This document shows, piece after piece, positions 9,647-20,448 of a DNA stretch of 64,000 nucleotides (position 1 is its first letter; each line of letters begins with the position of its first letter). The translations under genes and the position numbers were made by a program. The notes beneath the pieces are model-generated. The model had not been told where the DNA came from. It saw only the letters and a program-made list of their open reading frames with translations, and ran no database searches. The stretch is from Candidatus Cloacimonetes bacterium ADurb.Bin211 (GTDB taxonomy: Bacteria > Cloacimonadota > Cloacimonadia > Cloacimonadales > Cloacimonadaceae): contig MWCN01000042.1 in the NCBI GenBank assembly GCA_002070045.1, forward strand, positions 2,662 through 66,661. Direction: 5' to 3'.

Positions 9647-10414
9647 ATGGCTAAAATAATTACAATAGTTAATCAAAAGGGAGGAGTGGGCAAAACCACT
9701 ACTGCCGTTAATCTTGCTGCTGGCTTAGCAGTACTGGAAAAAAATACCTTACTGGTGGATTTTGACCCACAGGGTAATGCCACCAGTGGAGTAGGTATAG
9801 ATAAAGATAACCTTACTTTTCAAATCTATGATGCTTTAATTGGTAAAGTCCCCATCACTGAAACTGTTCTTCCTACGGAAACAGATAATCTCTGGTGTGT
9901 TCCTGGAAACATAGACCTCACAGGTGCAGAAATTGAACTGGTTCATGAATTTGCCAGGGAACAGAAATTACGCGAAGCTCTTCATCCAATTTTAGAAAAG
10001 TATGAATATATAATTATAGATTGTCCTCCTTCTCTTGGACTTTTAACCGTAAATGCTCTAACTGCGGCAACAGACCTCTTAGTTCCAATCCAGTGTGAAT
10101 ATTATGCTCTGGAAGGTGTGAGCCAATTACTTTCCACTATCCGTTTGATTCAGAAGAATATAAATCCCAGTGTCAATATTATCGGTGTTCTTTTAACTAT
10201 GTTTGATAGAAGAGTGAATCTTTCATTACAGGTAGCAAAAGAAGTGCGACACTATTTTAAAGAGAAGGTTTTCCGCACTATTATTCCGCGTAACATCAAG
10301 CTAACAGAAGCACCCAGTTTTGGTAAACCTATATTTTTATACGATATCCGCTCTCCTGGAGCTATGAGTTACCTCAATCTTGCCACAGAAATTATTGAAA
10401 GGACACAGCAATGA
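9647..10414 (+). CDS. parA: Chromosome partitioning ATPase ParA/Soj
   Basis: 'NQKGGVGKTTT', 'DFDPQGNAT', 'IIDCPPSLG', 'PIQCEYYALEG'. Confidence 0.97.
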   Translation: MAKIITIVNQKGGVGKTTTAVNLAAGLAVLEKNTLLVDFDPQGNATSGVGIDKDNLTFQIYDALIGKVPITETVLPTETDNLWCVPGNIDLTGAEIELVHEFAREQKLREALHPILEKYEYIIIDCPPSLGLLTVNALTAATDLLVPIQCEYYALEGVSQLLSTIRLIQKNINPSVNIIGVLLTMFDRRVNLSLQVAKEVRHYFKEKVFRTIIPRNIKLTEAPSFGKPIFLYDIRSPGAMSYLNLATEIIERTQQ

Positions 10415-11265
10415 AAGAACATCTTGGACGAGGTTTAAGTGCTTTAATTCCTGATAAAGAGGAAATAGATGATTTCAAAGCTCATTTGAGTACCTTACCT
10501 GTTGACCAAATAAAGAGCAATCCCTTGCAACCAAGATTAGTAATAGATGACGAAAGCATAGTAGAACTTGCTGAATCTATTAAAGCTAATGGAATTATCC
10601 AGCCGATAATTGTGAATAAAACTGCCAGGTCAGAATATGAACTCATAGCTGGAGAACGCAGATTACGGGCAGCAAAACTGGCAGGACTGGATTCTGTTCC
10701 AGTGGTAATTCGTAGTGTGGATAAAAAAGAGCAACTTCAACTTGCTATTGTAGAAAATATTCAGAGAAAAGATTTAGACCCTATAGAAGAAGCAAATGCC
10801 TATCAAACTCTGGTAGAGGATTTTTCTCTCACACATCAGGAAATAGCTCAAATGGTAGGAAAAGACCGTCCCACAATCTCTAATTGTATTAGACTGCTCA
10901 AACTACCCTTAGAAATACAGGCAATGGTTTCTGAAGGAAAACTAAGCTCCGGTCATGCTCGTGCCATTTTAAGTATTGAACCTGAATATCAAGTTTTATT
11001 TGCTCAGCATATAATTCAGTATCATTTAACCGTTCGTCAAGCAGAAGAAAAGGCTAAGACCTTTATCCAACAACTGGAAAAACCTAAACCTCAAGAAAAT
11101 AATCCAGAGATATTGAAAACCCTGGAAAAAGATTTGCATAAGATTTTGGGTTTGAAGGTTAAAGTGAAAGAAAGAGGTGGAAAGGGAAAAATTACCCTTG
11201 AATATTCTTCACCAGAAGAACTTAGACATTTACAAGAACTATTAAACACTCTCAGGAGGGATTGA
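10411..11265 (+). CDS. parB: Chromosome partitioning protein ParB/Spo0J
   Basis: 'LGRGLSALI', 'IAGERRLRA', 'VENIQRKDL' and HTH 'R..ISN..RLL'. Confidence 0.97.
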   Translation: MKEHLGRGLSALIPDKEEIDDFKAHLSTLPVDQIKSNPLQPRLVIDDESIVELAESIKANGIIQPIIVNKTARSEYELIAGERRLRAAKLAGLDSVPVVIRSVDKKEQLQLAIVENIQRKDLDPIEEANAYQTLVEDFSLTHQEIAQMVGKDRPTISNCIRLLKLPLEIQAMVSEGKLSSGHARAILSIEPEYQVLFAQHIIQYHLTVRQAEEKAKTFIQQLEKPKPQENNPEILKTLEKDLHKILGLKVKVKERGGKGKITLEYSSPEELRHLQELLNTLRRD

Positions 11266-11266
11266 T

Positions 11267-12355
11267 ATGGACCGTATAATTGTTACAGGTGGAGCTGGTT
11301 TTATTGGTGCTAATTATATTCATCATCTTTTTGAGAACACTAATTTCAAGGGTTATGTGCTCAATATTGATAAACTTACCTATGCTGGTAATCTGGAAAG
11401 TTTAAAGGATATTCAGGATAAATATCCTTCTCGCTATTTCTTTGAAAAGGTTGATATCGCAGATGTAGATAAAATAGCTTCTATATTTGAACAATTTCAA
11501 CCAGATACTATAGTTAATTTTGCTGCTGAATCTCATGTAGATAGGTCTATTGATAGTCCAATGGAATTTATAAATACTAATATTGTCGGAACCGCAGTGC
11601 TTTTAGAAAATGCTTTGCGTTACTGGCAAAAATTAGATAAAGAAACTCAGAAGAAATTCCGCTTCCATCACATTTCTACCGATGAGGTCTTTGGCTCTTT
11701 AGGAGAAGAAGGATTGTTCACAGAAAACACACCCTATGATCCTTCTTCACCATATTCAGCTTCTAAAGCAAGCTCCGACCACCTGGTTAGAGCCTGGCAT
11801 AGAACTTATGGTCTTCCTGTTACCATTTCTAACTGTTCAAATAATTATGGACCTTATCAATTTCCAGAAAAACTCATTCCTTTGATGATACTCAATTGCC
11901 TTGAATATAAACCACTCCCTGTTTATGGACAAGGTTTAAATGTGCGTGATTGGCTTTATGTAAAAGACCATTGTGAGGCTATTAATTGTATTATTCAAAA
12001 TGGTACGCCAGGCCAGACTTATAATATCGGAGGACATAATGAGATGAGGAATATAGATATAGTAAATCTCATCTGTGAGCTTCTGGATGAACTGCATCCT
12101 TCAACGAACTTGAAATCCTATAAAGAATTGATTACTTATGTAGCTGACCGTCCCGGTCACGATTTACGCTATGCCATAGATTCAACTAAGATTCAAAAAG
12201 AATTAGGCTGGACCCCTAAAGAAACCTTTAATACAGGAATTCGTAAAACTGTAATCTGGTATCTGGAAAATCAAGATTGGTGGAAAAACATCCAGAACAA
12301 GAAATATCAACAACAAAGATTAGGACTGGGAAGAAACTATAACTCCACTACCTGA
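11267..12355 (+). CDS. rfbB: dTDP-glucose 4,6-dehydratase
   Basis: 'VTGGAGFIG', '[10 protein letters not shown]', 'HISTDEV', 'YSASK', '[10 protein letters not shown]'. Confidence 0.96.
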   Translation: MDRIIVTGGAGFIGANYIHHLFENTNFKGYVLNIDKLTYAGNLESLKDIQDKYPSRYFFEKVDIADVDKIASIFEQFQPDTIVNFAAESHVDRSIDSPMEFINTNIVGTAVLLENALRYWQKLDKETQKKFRFHHISTDEVFGSLGEEGLFTENTPYDPSSPYSASKASSDHLVRAWHRTYGLPVTISNCSNNYGPYQFPEKLIPLMILNCLEYKPLPVYGQGLNVRDWLYVKDHCEAINCIIQNGTPGQTYNIGGHNEMRNIDIVNLICELLDELHPSTNLKSYKELITYVADRPGHDLRYAIDSTKIQKELGWTPKETFNTGIRKTVIWYLENQDWWKNIQNKKYQQQRLGLGRNYNSTT

Positions 12356-12362
12356 TTTCTCA

Positions 12363-13880
12363 TTAAAGCTCTCTGGGTTCAGGTACTGCCTTATTTTGAA
12401 TATCTTCTCTAACTTTTCCCCAGACCGTATCTTTTCCTGAGAAATAATCCTCAGGATTAATCTTAATCCAGACATCAGGATACAGACTGTCCGAAGGATC
12501 TCTTGTATAATCCGGACGCCGAAAATATTTATATGAAACACCACAAAGGATACCGGTATTGGGTAAAGCAAGGCTAAGAATATCCCCATAACAGGAAGGT
12601 TTACCACCTGTAGGTGTCCCATAAAGAGTAGCTAATCCATTATCTTGGCATATAGTGGCAAACATTACTGCAGAACTAAAAGTGCCATATCCGGTGAGAA
12701 GGATTATCCTTCCCTCAAAAAGAGGAGGCATAATAAGATTTTGCCCTAAAGTCCCTATTTGCTGATTAATATAACCTTCAGTTGTTATCCAGCGAATTCC
12801 TTCATCCACTTGTTTTATAACATAGGGCATAGTAAAGTCTTCAATCTCTCTATTTAAATCCTCTTCCAGCATCTTTTTAACTTCTTCTAATTCCTTATTA
12901 TAATTCTTAAGCATCAATTCGCTGATACATACATCGCAAGTAAAAGTAGCTAAAGAATCCGGCAACTTACAAAAAGAAAGCAGGATATCACCCATTTTTG
13001 AATTGCCTCCAGAATTATTACGTAAGTCTATAACCAGGTTATTTATTTTAAGACTATCAATACAATTAAAAGATTGAATTAGAAAGGATTTCCAGTTATA
13101 AAATTCTTCCTCCGGATTATCGCTCGTGGTATCTCTAAATTTATTAAACTGAAGATAATAAATATCATCGGAAGGTAATGCTTTACCCCAATAAGGAACA
13201 TTCTGATATTGAGTTATACCCTTAAAAGGAACATTAATATAATTGCACCTTTCAACCTCTTTGAGAATAAGTTCTTTTTTCTCTTCTCCCTTTTCTACTA
13301 CCAAATGCAAAGCTTTATCTTCCGCAGCCAGGTCTAATAATTTCAGATTTGAAGAATAACGAAGAACATCACTTACAGTTTCCCGGAACCAATAGATATT
13401 TTCACCCTTACAGAGAGTCATCAAAATAGACATAAATTCATCAGCTTCTTTTCCATTTATGCTGACTATTTTACTTCCTACATATTCAGCAAATTCTTTA
13501 CTAATGTAGCTAATATACCAGCCTTCCTCAAACCAGCATACGATGATAGGATAAAATAGCGTTTCCTCTTTATAATAAAAAGGTCCGGTATGACCATCAC
13601 CTAAAAGATGAGAAAACTGCTTTAACTTAGCTAAAAAATGTAAAGTATCTGTTTCTGTGGCTAATTCTTTCAATATAAGATTTACCTGGTGATTAAATGC
13701 TGGTTCGGGTAAATTGGTATAGATATCAGGATGTGATTCTCGCAGGGTTTTTTGAAAATAATCAAAGTCCTCCTGAAAAATATTAAGGTCTGGCACATCA
13801 GCTACAACTTCAGTTATAGCATTAAGAAAACTGATAAAAAATAATCCTATCAGTAACAAACAACATAATTTTATATTCAT
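12363..13880 (-). CDS. Secreted S41-family peptidase
   Basis: Signal peptide; 'LGDGHT', 'VIDLRNNSGGN', 'TFSSA', 'GTPTGG'. Confidence 0.85.
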   Translation of the reverse strand: MNIKLCCLLLIGLFFISFLNAITEVVADVPDLNIFQEDFDYFQKTLRESHPDIYTNLPEPAFNHQVNLILKELATETDTLHFLAKLKQFSHLLGDGHTGPFYYKEETLFYPIIVCWFEEGWYISYISKEFAEYVGSKIVSINGKEADEFMSILMTLCKGENIYWFRETVSDVLRYSSNLKLLDLAAEDKALHLVVEKGEEKKELILKEVERCNYINVPFKGITQYQNVPYWGKALPSDDIYYLQFNKFRDTTSDNPEEEFYNWKSFLIQSFNCIDSLKINNLVIDLRNNSGGNSKMGDILLSFCKLPDSLATFTCDVCISELMLKNYNKELEEVKKMLEEDLNREIEDFTMPYVIKQVDEGIRWITTEGYINQQIGTLGQNLIMPPLFEGRIILLTGYGTFSSAVMFATICQDNGLATLYGTPTGGKPSCYGDILSLALPNTGILCGVSYKYFRRPDYTRDPSDSLYPDVWIKINPEDYFSGKDTVWGKVREDIQNKAVPEPREL

Positions 13881-13939
13881 ATTATGGATTGGTCATTTAA
13901 TAAATGTTATTTTAAAAGACAGATAATAAATACATTTAA

Positions 13940-14551
13940 TCAGGGGTTACTTACCACATAGTTTGCAATGGCAATTTCGCTTGGATTCCAGTTTGGTTTA
14001 AAAGCACGAACTTTAAGAGTTACCTCTCCAGTTTGTGAAATAGTAAATTCCTCAGTATAAGGGATAGAATTCTGGGTAGGTTCTGTTCCATCAAGAGTGT
14101 AGTATATCTGTGCTTCATCAGTAGGACATATTATAGTTATAACTGTCTCTGTCGTGATATTCCCACCAATAGGAGAAATAATAGGAGTAGCAACAGTATT
14201 GTAATAGGATACAACATAGGTAGCACTGGTAATATTACTGGCGTCAAATCCCTCTTTATATGCTCTGGCTTTAACCGTTGCAGAATTAGCACCCTCAGGA
14301 AAGAAATCAGGAATAATTAGTGGACCAGTATATAAAAGGTCATTTTCCGTTGGATCCGAACCATTAACCGTATAATATATGGATGCTCCATATTCAGGAC
14401 AGGTAATGTAGATAGCCTGACCAGCTAAATATGTGCCGCTCCCAGGATTGAATATGGGTGCGTCCAGTTTTATTAATTCAGTCGTTTTTTTAGAACACGA
14501 AAAGGAAAATAACACCAGAACTAATATAAGAATAAAGCGATGATTCTTCAT
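13940..14551 (-). CDS. Lipoprotein with two chitobiase/beta-hexosaminidase C-terminal (Fn3-associated) domains
   Basis: Lipobox-like FSC; two 'IYYT.[ND]G..PT..S..YT' repeats. Confidence 0.8.
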   Translation of the reverse strand: MKNHRFILILVLVLFSFSCSKKTTELIKLDAPIFNPGSGTYLAGQAIYITCPEYGASIYYTVNGSDPTENDLLYTGPLIIPDFFPEGANSATVKARAYKEGFDASNITSATYVVSYYNTVATPIISPIGGNITTETVITIICPTDEAQIYYTLDGTEPTQNSIPYTEEFTISQTGEVTLKVRAFKPNWNPSEIAIANYVVSNP

Positions 14552-14810
14552 AATTCACCTCTTTCACTTTTTCATTTATCTCATAGTAACATTCTATTTT
14601 GTGCCATTCATAAAACAAGTTCCCTTTATATCTATTATTATCTTCCTGTCAATTTATTTTCTCAGGTTTTTCCCTCTCATAGAAAATTGTTTATTGACAG
14701 AGAAGATAAATTCATTTTGTATTCAAAACAGATATAATAGGTTTAGGTTAAATACAACCTCCCCTTTTCTAAAATGTTGATTCACTATATTCATTACATA
14801 AGGAATAATT

Positions 14811-15056
14811 ATGGCAGTAACGGAATATGATGTGCGTTGCTATGAATATTTACTGGACTATTTAGAAGAAGATGACCCGGCTGATGAGCAGGAAATTATC
14901 TCCCGTTTAGCTATGGAAAAAGAATGGAATTCCATTCCTGATGAACTAAAAAAACGCATTCTTTCAGTTGATAAAGTTATTCTCTATAATTATGCTTCAA
15001 AATTTAATTATTCTCTATACAAACAATTTATCGCTGTTTTAAAAAAACACTTCTAA
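14811..15056 (+). CDS. Small hypothetical protein with an acidic N-terminal half
   Basis: 81-aa ORF with AAGGA RBS, upstream TTGACA (~14694) and protein-like composition. Confidence 0.6.
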   Translation: MAVTEYDVRCYEYLLDYLEEDDPADEQEIISRLAMEKEWNSIPDELKKRILSVDKVILYNYASKFNYSLYKQFIAVLKKHF

Positions 15057-15349
15057 GAAATCCTTCTTAAAAAATAGATGCAAATAGCCAGACTAAATAA
15101 AAAATACAAATATCTTTAATTTAATGTGCTGGTTAATTTTATAATATTAAATAGTGAATTTAGAAAATTCATTCCATTGGTTTAATAAATTTATTCCCTT
15201 AAAGTTATAGAATATAGAACTAACTAATTATAAATAGTTAAATGATTTAGCTACTTGACAAAATGCTCCACTTCAAAAAAATCTATTTTGAAAAATTGGA
15301 AAAAGAAAGTTGAAATTGATGATTCTGCGATGATTAGAATAATACTGGA

Positions 15350-15483
15350 TGTGGAAAAGTTGTGGATAACTTTATTTAAAGAAATCTGGAAATTGAATTT
15401 AAAATATGGTTATCTTATTGATTAAGAATAAATAATGAATCAGGATAAGGCTGAGGATAAACCTTTCCTGATTTTGTGGATAA
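15350..15483. promoter_or_regulatory. DnaA boxes upstream of dnaA (oriC left part / dnaA autoregulation)
   Basis: Perfect TGTGGATAA at 15361-15369 and 15475-15483; 1-mismatch TGTGGAAAA at ~15350. Confidence 0.8.
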
Positions 15484-15503
15484 ATTAATTTTATAGCTTT
15501 AGG

Positions 15504-16844
15504 ATGGTTAAAATGGATCAGGATATTTGGCAAAACATTTTAGATAAGTTAGAGGAGAATATCAATCCGCAGAGCTTTAGAACCTGGTTTTCTGAGACAA
15601 AGTTAGTAGATATTTCGGATAATGAACTTGTTGTGAAGGTTCCAACGCAGTTTGCAGCAAATTATTTAAATCAAAACTATACTGATACCTTAGGAGAGAT
15701 AGCTTATGCCTTATATAAACAACATTATAAGGTAAAGTTTATTTCACCTCCTCATTATGTGAAAAACAATCATAATAGAGCCACTGATTATTCAGATAAT
15801 CGTGTTATGGTTAATACCAAGCTCAATGAACGTTTTAGTTTTGAAGAATTTGTAGTGGGACGAAATAATAATTTTGCCTATTCAGCTGCTAAAGCAGTAG
15901 CAGAAGCACCTGGTTACACTTATAATCCTCTTTTTATTTATGGCGAAAGTGGAATGGGAAAAACCCATTTGATGCAAGCCGTGGGAAATTATGTGGTAAA
16001 AGAGGGACGTAATTGTTCTATATACTATACTACCAGCGAAGAATTTACCAATGAGATGATAGAATCCATTCGGGGAAACAAGATGCCAGAGTTTCGTTCC
16101 AAATACCGGAAGGTAGATTTACTACTGGTAGATGATGTGCATTTTCTTTCCAAAAAAGAAGGCACTCAAGAGGAATTTTTCCATACTTTTAATGCCCTTT
16201 TTGACAATCGTAAACAGATAGTCCTAACTTCAGACCGTCCTCCAAAAGATATTCCAGATTTAGAAAAAAGGCTGGTGACAAGATTTGAAAGTGGCCTTCT
16301 TTGCGACCTGAAAAATCCTGATTTTGAGACTCGGGTGGCTATCCTTCATAAAAAAGCAGAGCCCGAAAACATCGTTCTCAGCGATGAAGTATTCTCTTTT
16401 ATTGCTGAATCTATTACTTCCAGTGTTCGTGCTCTGGAAGGCTCTCTCATCCGTATCTTAGCTTATGCTTCTTACAATAATCTTAATCCTGAAGACTTAG
16501 ATGTGGGAACAGTTCGTTCTATTCTTAGCGATATGATTTCTGAACAACATAAAGAAATAACTCTGGATACAATCACCCAGGAAGTCTGTCTGGCTTATAA
16601 TATTACTATGCCTCAGATTGTTGATAAAACCAGAAGACAGCAAATATCCTACCCGCGACAAATTGCTATGTATTTAGCCAACCTACTTATACCTCAACTT
16701 TCTTTAAAAGAGATAGCTGAATATTTTAAAAGAAAGGACCATACCACCGTTATTCATGCTAAAAGAATGATTGAAAACCGTTTTCGTGAAGATGTTAGCT
16801 TCCGTTCTCATATTGAACAACTAATTAAAAACATAAAATCTTGA
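15504..16844 (+). CDS. dnaA: Chromosomal replication initiator DnaA
   Basis: 'YNPLFIYGESGMGKTHL', 'LLVDDV', 'TQEEFFHTFN', 'DHTTVIHA'. The start may be ATG 15513. Confidence 0.98.
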   Translation: MVKMDQDIWQNILDKLEENINPQSFRTWFSETKLVDISDNELVVKVPTQFAANYLNQNYTDTLGEIAYALYKQHYKVKFISPPHYVKNNHNRATDYSDNRVMVNTKLNERFSFEEFVVGRNNNFAYSAAKAVAEAPGYTYNPLFIYGESGMGKTHLMQAVGNYVVKEGRNCSIYYTTSEEFTNEMIESIRGNKMPEFRSKYRKVDLLLVDDVHFLSKKEGTQEEFFHTFNALFDNRKQIVLTSDRPPKDIPDLEKRLVTRFESGLLCDLKNPDFETRVAILHKKAEPENIVLSDEVFSFIAESITSSVRALEGSLIRILAYASYNNLNPEDLDVGTVRSILSDMISEQHKEITLDTITQEVCLAYNITMPQIVDKTRRQQISYPRQIAMYLANLLIPQLSLKEIAEYFKRKDHTTVIHAKRMIENRFREDVSFRSHIEQLIKNIKS

Positions 16845-16853
16845 AATTAAAAA

Positions 16854-17095
16854 AGTGAATAAGTGGATAATTTCGGTGGATAAGTGTGGATAAGTTAGCT
16901 TTTATATTTCTTTCTTTCTGCTTTTGTGGAAAACCCTGCACTTTATATGATCTTACCCACAACTTATCCCCAAAAAATCATTCAAGTTATCAGACATTAT
17001 CTCAATATATTAAAAAAATACTTGACCCATTATCCACTTATTTACATTGCCTACTTAAGCTACTATATAAGAAAAACTATTTTTATAAATTAGGT
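16854..17095. other. oriC: DnaA-box cluster, DnaA-trios and AT-rich unwinding region
   Basis: Boxes at 16862, 16875, 16885 (perfect), 16925, 16953, 16964 and 17030; then TTATCCAC-TTATTTACA-TTGC-CTACTTAAGCTACTA, resembling the B. subtilis basal unwinding site. Confidence 0.85.
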
Positions 17096-17100
17096 AATAT

Positions 17101-18342
17101 ATGAAATCTATTCATCTTCAAAAAATGAGATTACTCATAATAGCAACCTTATTTTTAGCAATTATGCTTGGTGGTTGCATTAATGGTCATAATCCAACGG
17201 GAAATAATTGGTCTAATGTAAGACCTATATCTTTTACTACACCTATGGACATAGTTGCTGGTTACAGTTTTCCAGGTAGTGGTTCTTTAAAGGGAACAGA
17301 AACCAGTTTAGTATGTGGAAATTATAATGATTTAGAATCTGTTGCTTTTATGCGTTTTACAGGTCTACCTTCCGTAGGCACATTTCATATACCGGAAGCT
17401 TATCAAGATTCTACCTATCTTAATTTGGTCCTTACCAGAAAATTTTCAGAATCTCGTAATCCTGTTGAAATAATGATATATAAACTTAATCAAAGCTGGG
17501 CAGCAGATAGTACCAATCTTATCCTGGATTCCAATTTAACCTTAATTACTCCTCAATCATATACCATAATTGATTCTATTAGCTCATCTGGAACTCAGAT
17601 TAAAATACCTATTCCTATTGAAGCTTTAGAACAGTGGACTTCTGATGCAGATACGCTGGGATTAACTTTAGCTATAAAAACAGGTGAAGATTCCTATATA
17701 GAAATTAAATCTCTGGAATCTGGTTCTGGACCAAAACTCCGATTTCTTTATAGAACCAATGAAGAAGAACAAACTGAAAAGAAATATGAACAATACTGTA
17801 CCCAAGATAGTTATCGCATTGATGAAGCCACTGCTCCTATACTTACTAATCAATGGATATTAAGTAATATACCATCTTCCAGAATATTTTTATATTTCCC
17901 CCTGGACTATTCTTTATTTCAAGATACAGAGGGAAATCTACTCAATGAGATACAATTAAAACGTATGACTATTAATCATGCAGAACTTATCTTCTATGTT
18001 AAAGAAAATCCTTATTATGATACTTCCACTCAGTATAGTATAAGAGCAGATAGATTAAATGATTCTCTGGATATAAATACTGCTATAGCCATATCTGATG
18101 ACCAGGTTGCATCTGGAATTACTACTCAATCTTATATCAGAGGAGATAGTTTAACAGTTAATATAACGCCATTAATTCAAGCTTACACTTCGGGAGATAA
18201 AGAAAATTATGGGATTGTTATTCGTTCTATGCAAGAATTAAAGAATTATGGAAAGATAGAATTATGGCACTTTAACGATAACAGCACACCACCAGAAAAA
18301 CAACCTAAACTAAGAATTACTTACACACCTCCTTTTCTTTAA
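17101..18342 (+). CDS. Lipoprotein, DUF4270/DNRLRE-like beta-sandwich
   Basis: Lipobox LGGC; 'VNITPLIQAY...ENYGIVI...PKLRITYT' motifs typical of these domains. Confidence 0.6.
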   Translation: MKSIHLQKMRLLIIATLFLAIMLGGCINGHNPTGNNWSNVRPISFTTPMDIVAGYSFPGSGSLKGTETSLVCGNYNDLESVAFMRFTGLPSVGTFHIPEAYQDSTYLNLVLTRKFSESRNPVEIMIYKLNQSWAADSTNLILDSNLTLITPQSYTIIDSISSSGTQIKIPIPIEALEQWTSDADTLGLTLAIKTGEDSYIEIKSLESGSGPKLRFLYRTNEEEQTEKKYEQYCTQDSYRIDEATAPILTNQWILSNIPSSRIFLYFPLDYSLFQDTEGNLLNEIQLKRMTINHAELIFYVKENPYYDTSTQYSIRADRLNDSLDINTAIAISDDQVASGITTQSYIRGDSLTVNITPLIQAYTSGDKENYGIVIRSMQELKNYGKIELWHFNDNSTPPEKQPKLRITYTPPFL

Positions 18343-18345
18343 AAT

Positions 18346-19161
18346 ATGAAAAGATTTTTAATCGTAGCAATATTGATATTTACTCTGTGTGCAAGTTGTG
18401 AGCTAAAAAAAGATAAAGAAGAATATACTCCACTAGCAGAAGTTAATGGAGAAATTCTTACCTTAGAGGCATTTCGTTCTCTTTACACTGATGAACAATG
18501 GAATAAATTAAGTGAAGCTCAGAAAAGAAAAGAGATAGAAAACTGGGTTAATCTAACTATTCTGGCTCAAGAAGCAGATAATGAAAAAATTAGTGAAGAA
18601 AAAGCAACAAAACTGCGTATAGATTATGCCGTAAAGAAAGTTAAAGCTAATGCTTTACTTGCCCGAAGACTGGCTAATTTAACTATCAGTGAAGAGGAAA
18701 TGTTTAATTATTATCGGCTTCATCAAGCAGAATTCAATAGAAAACTAATGGAATACAATATCCAGAGGATACTCTGTTCAGATGAAAATTCCGCTAAAAA
18801 CCTGTTAAATAAAATTAAAAGCGGTGAATACGATTTTAATCTGGCAGTTTCAGATTACTCGTTAGAAGAATTAAAATATAGGCAAGGGAGAATGGGTTTT
18901 GTTTCTGCTAATAGTCCTGATTCACTGTTCTGGAAAGCAGCTCAAAAACTTAAAATTAACGAACCTGGCGTAGTTAATGTTAATGGGAAAACTTATATTA
19001 TTCGCGTCACTGAACAAAGAGAAGGAACTCAAGAAGCGACTTTTGTTGATTATCGTAGTGAAATCTATGACCTTCTCCTAAAAGAAAAAAAACAGCAAGT
19101 CTATAATGATTTAGTGCGTGAACTCAAGATGAAAAATAACAATATCTACTACTATTACTAA
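18346..19161 (+). CDS. Parvulin/SurA-like foldase lipoprotein
   Basis: Lipobox-like ASC; 'LAEVNGEILT'; degenerate rotamase domain 'F..AV..YS....K..QG.MGFV'. Confidence 0.75.
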   Translation: MKRFLIVAILIFTLCASCELKKDKEEYTPLAEVNGEILTLEAFRSLYTDEQWNKLSEAQKRKEIENWVNLTILAQEADNEKISEEKATKLRIDYAVKKVKANALLARRLANLTISEEEMFNYYRLHQAEFNRKLMEYNIQRILCSDENSAKNLLNKIKSGEYDFNLAVSDYSLEELKYRQGRMGFVSANSPDSLFWKAAQKLKINEPGVVNVNGKTYIIRVTEQREGTQEATFVDYRSEIYDLLLKEKKQQVYNDLVRELKMKNNNIYYYY

Positions 19162-19185
19162 TCCTTAGAAAAATAAAGGAATATA

Positions 19186-20448
19186 ATGAAAAAATTAATC
19201 CTTATACTATTAACCTCATTCCTCCTATTCTCAATTTCAGCTGAGCTGGTTGACCGTATCGTTGCAAAAGTAGGATCAGATATTATTCTATTAAGTGATG
19301 TTTATAAAATGATGTATCAAATGCAAGCAGCAGGAATACCAAAAGAACAGATTTCGGTGGATATGGCTTTACAAGAAATAATAGAACAAAAAGTTATTAC
19401 GCAAAAAGCTAAAGAACTGAATATAAAAGTTGATGAAGATAAAATCAAAAGATACGCTCAAAACTATCTTCAGGAATTAAAATCCCAATATCCTTCTCCT
19501 CAAGATTTCCAGGCTGCCCTAGTGCAAGAAAATCTCACTGAAGCTGAATTATTAGAATATTTCATTGAAGAGATAAAAAACAATGCTATGACCCAGCAAT
19601 TGATAGACTTATATGTGAGTTCACAGGTTTCTGTTACTGAAGAAGAGATGCAGGAATTCTATAATGCAACCAAGGACACAATGGCAGTGAAGCCTACAAC
19701 CTGGGAAACGGGTATGATAAAGTATAAGATTGCTCCAAGTAAAGCCACGGAAGATTCTATTTATGTACAAATGCAGGAAATAAAAAAGAGAATTGATGCA
19801 GGAGTAGATTTTGCTACATTAGCTAGTGAGGTCAGTGATTGTCCCAGTAAGGTTAGAGGTGGAGATTTAGGCTATTTTAGCAGGGGTATGATGCTAAAAC
19901 CTATTGAAGATACAGCCTTCTCTATGGATGTAGGCGAAATATCCGGCATTATCCGTAGTGAAAACGGTTATCATATTCTAAAACTTACTGATAAAAGAAG
20001 AGATGAGGTACGAGCCAGTCATATCCTGAAATTAGTTCAACCTACAAAATCAGATACCTTAACTGCTTATGCCATTATGGAAAGAGTTCGTGAACTTTAT
20101 GAAAGTGGACAAAGTTCTTTCACTGAGCTTGCTTTACAGTATTCCACCGACCCTGATGTTACCAAAAATAATGGTATTATAGGAGAACTGGCAGAAAATG
20201 ATTTTCCTGAATCTTTTAAAAACTACATACTGGCTACTCCCGTTGGAAAAATGACTCCTGTCTTAGAAAAAGATGGGACTCTATATCTTTTTGTTCGTCT
20301 GAAAGAAATTCCACCTCGCGTTTTCTCCTATGAGGAAGTAAAAGACAAACTTTATAGTTATCTCTACCAGCAAAAGTTACAATCTGCTTATAATAAATGG
20401 ATAGATAAATTAATAAAAGAAACTTATGTTGAAATTATTGAAAAATGA
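19186..20448 (+). CDS. surA: SurA-like periplasmic chaperone/PPIase
   Basis: 'VDRIVAKVG.DIILLSD' SurA N-domain; 'FATLASEVSDCPSKVRGGDLGYF'; second PpiC domain 'RASHIL'. Confidence 0.82.
   Translation: MKKLILILLTSFLLFSISAELVDRIVAKVGSDIILLSDVYKMMYQMQAAGIPKEQISVDMALQEIIEQKVITQKAKELNIKVDEDKIKRYAQNYLQELKSQYPSPQDFQAALVQENLTEAELLEYFIEEIKNNAMTQQLIDLYVSSQVSVTEEEMQEFYNATKDTMAVKPTTWETGMIKYKIAPSKATEDSIYVQMQEIKKRIDAGVDFATLASEVSDCPSKVRGGDLGYFSRGMMLKPIEDTAFSMDVGEISGIIRSENGYHILKLTDKRRDEVRASHILKLVQPTKSDTLTAYAIMERVRELYESGQSSFTELALQYSTDPDVTKNNGIIGELAENDFPESFKNYILATPVGKMTPVLEKDGTLYLFVRLKEIPPRVFSYEEVKDKLYSYLYQQKLQSAYNKWIDKLIKETYVEIIEK

Noticed and set aside
16886-17104. 72-aa ORF downstream of dnaA
   Set aside because: It runs across the DnaA-box cluster and unwinding site, and its GTG start lies inside a DnaA box; almost certainly spurious.
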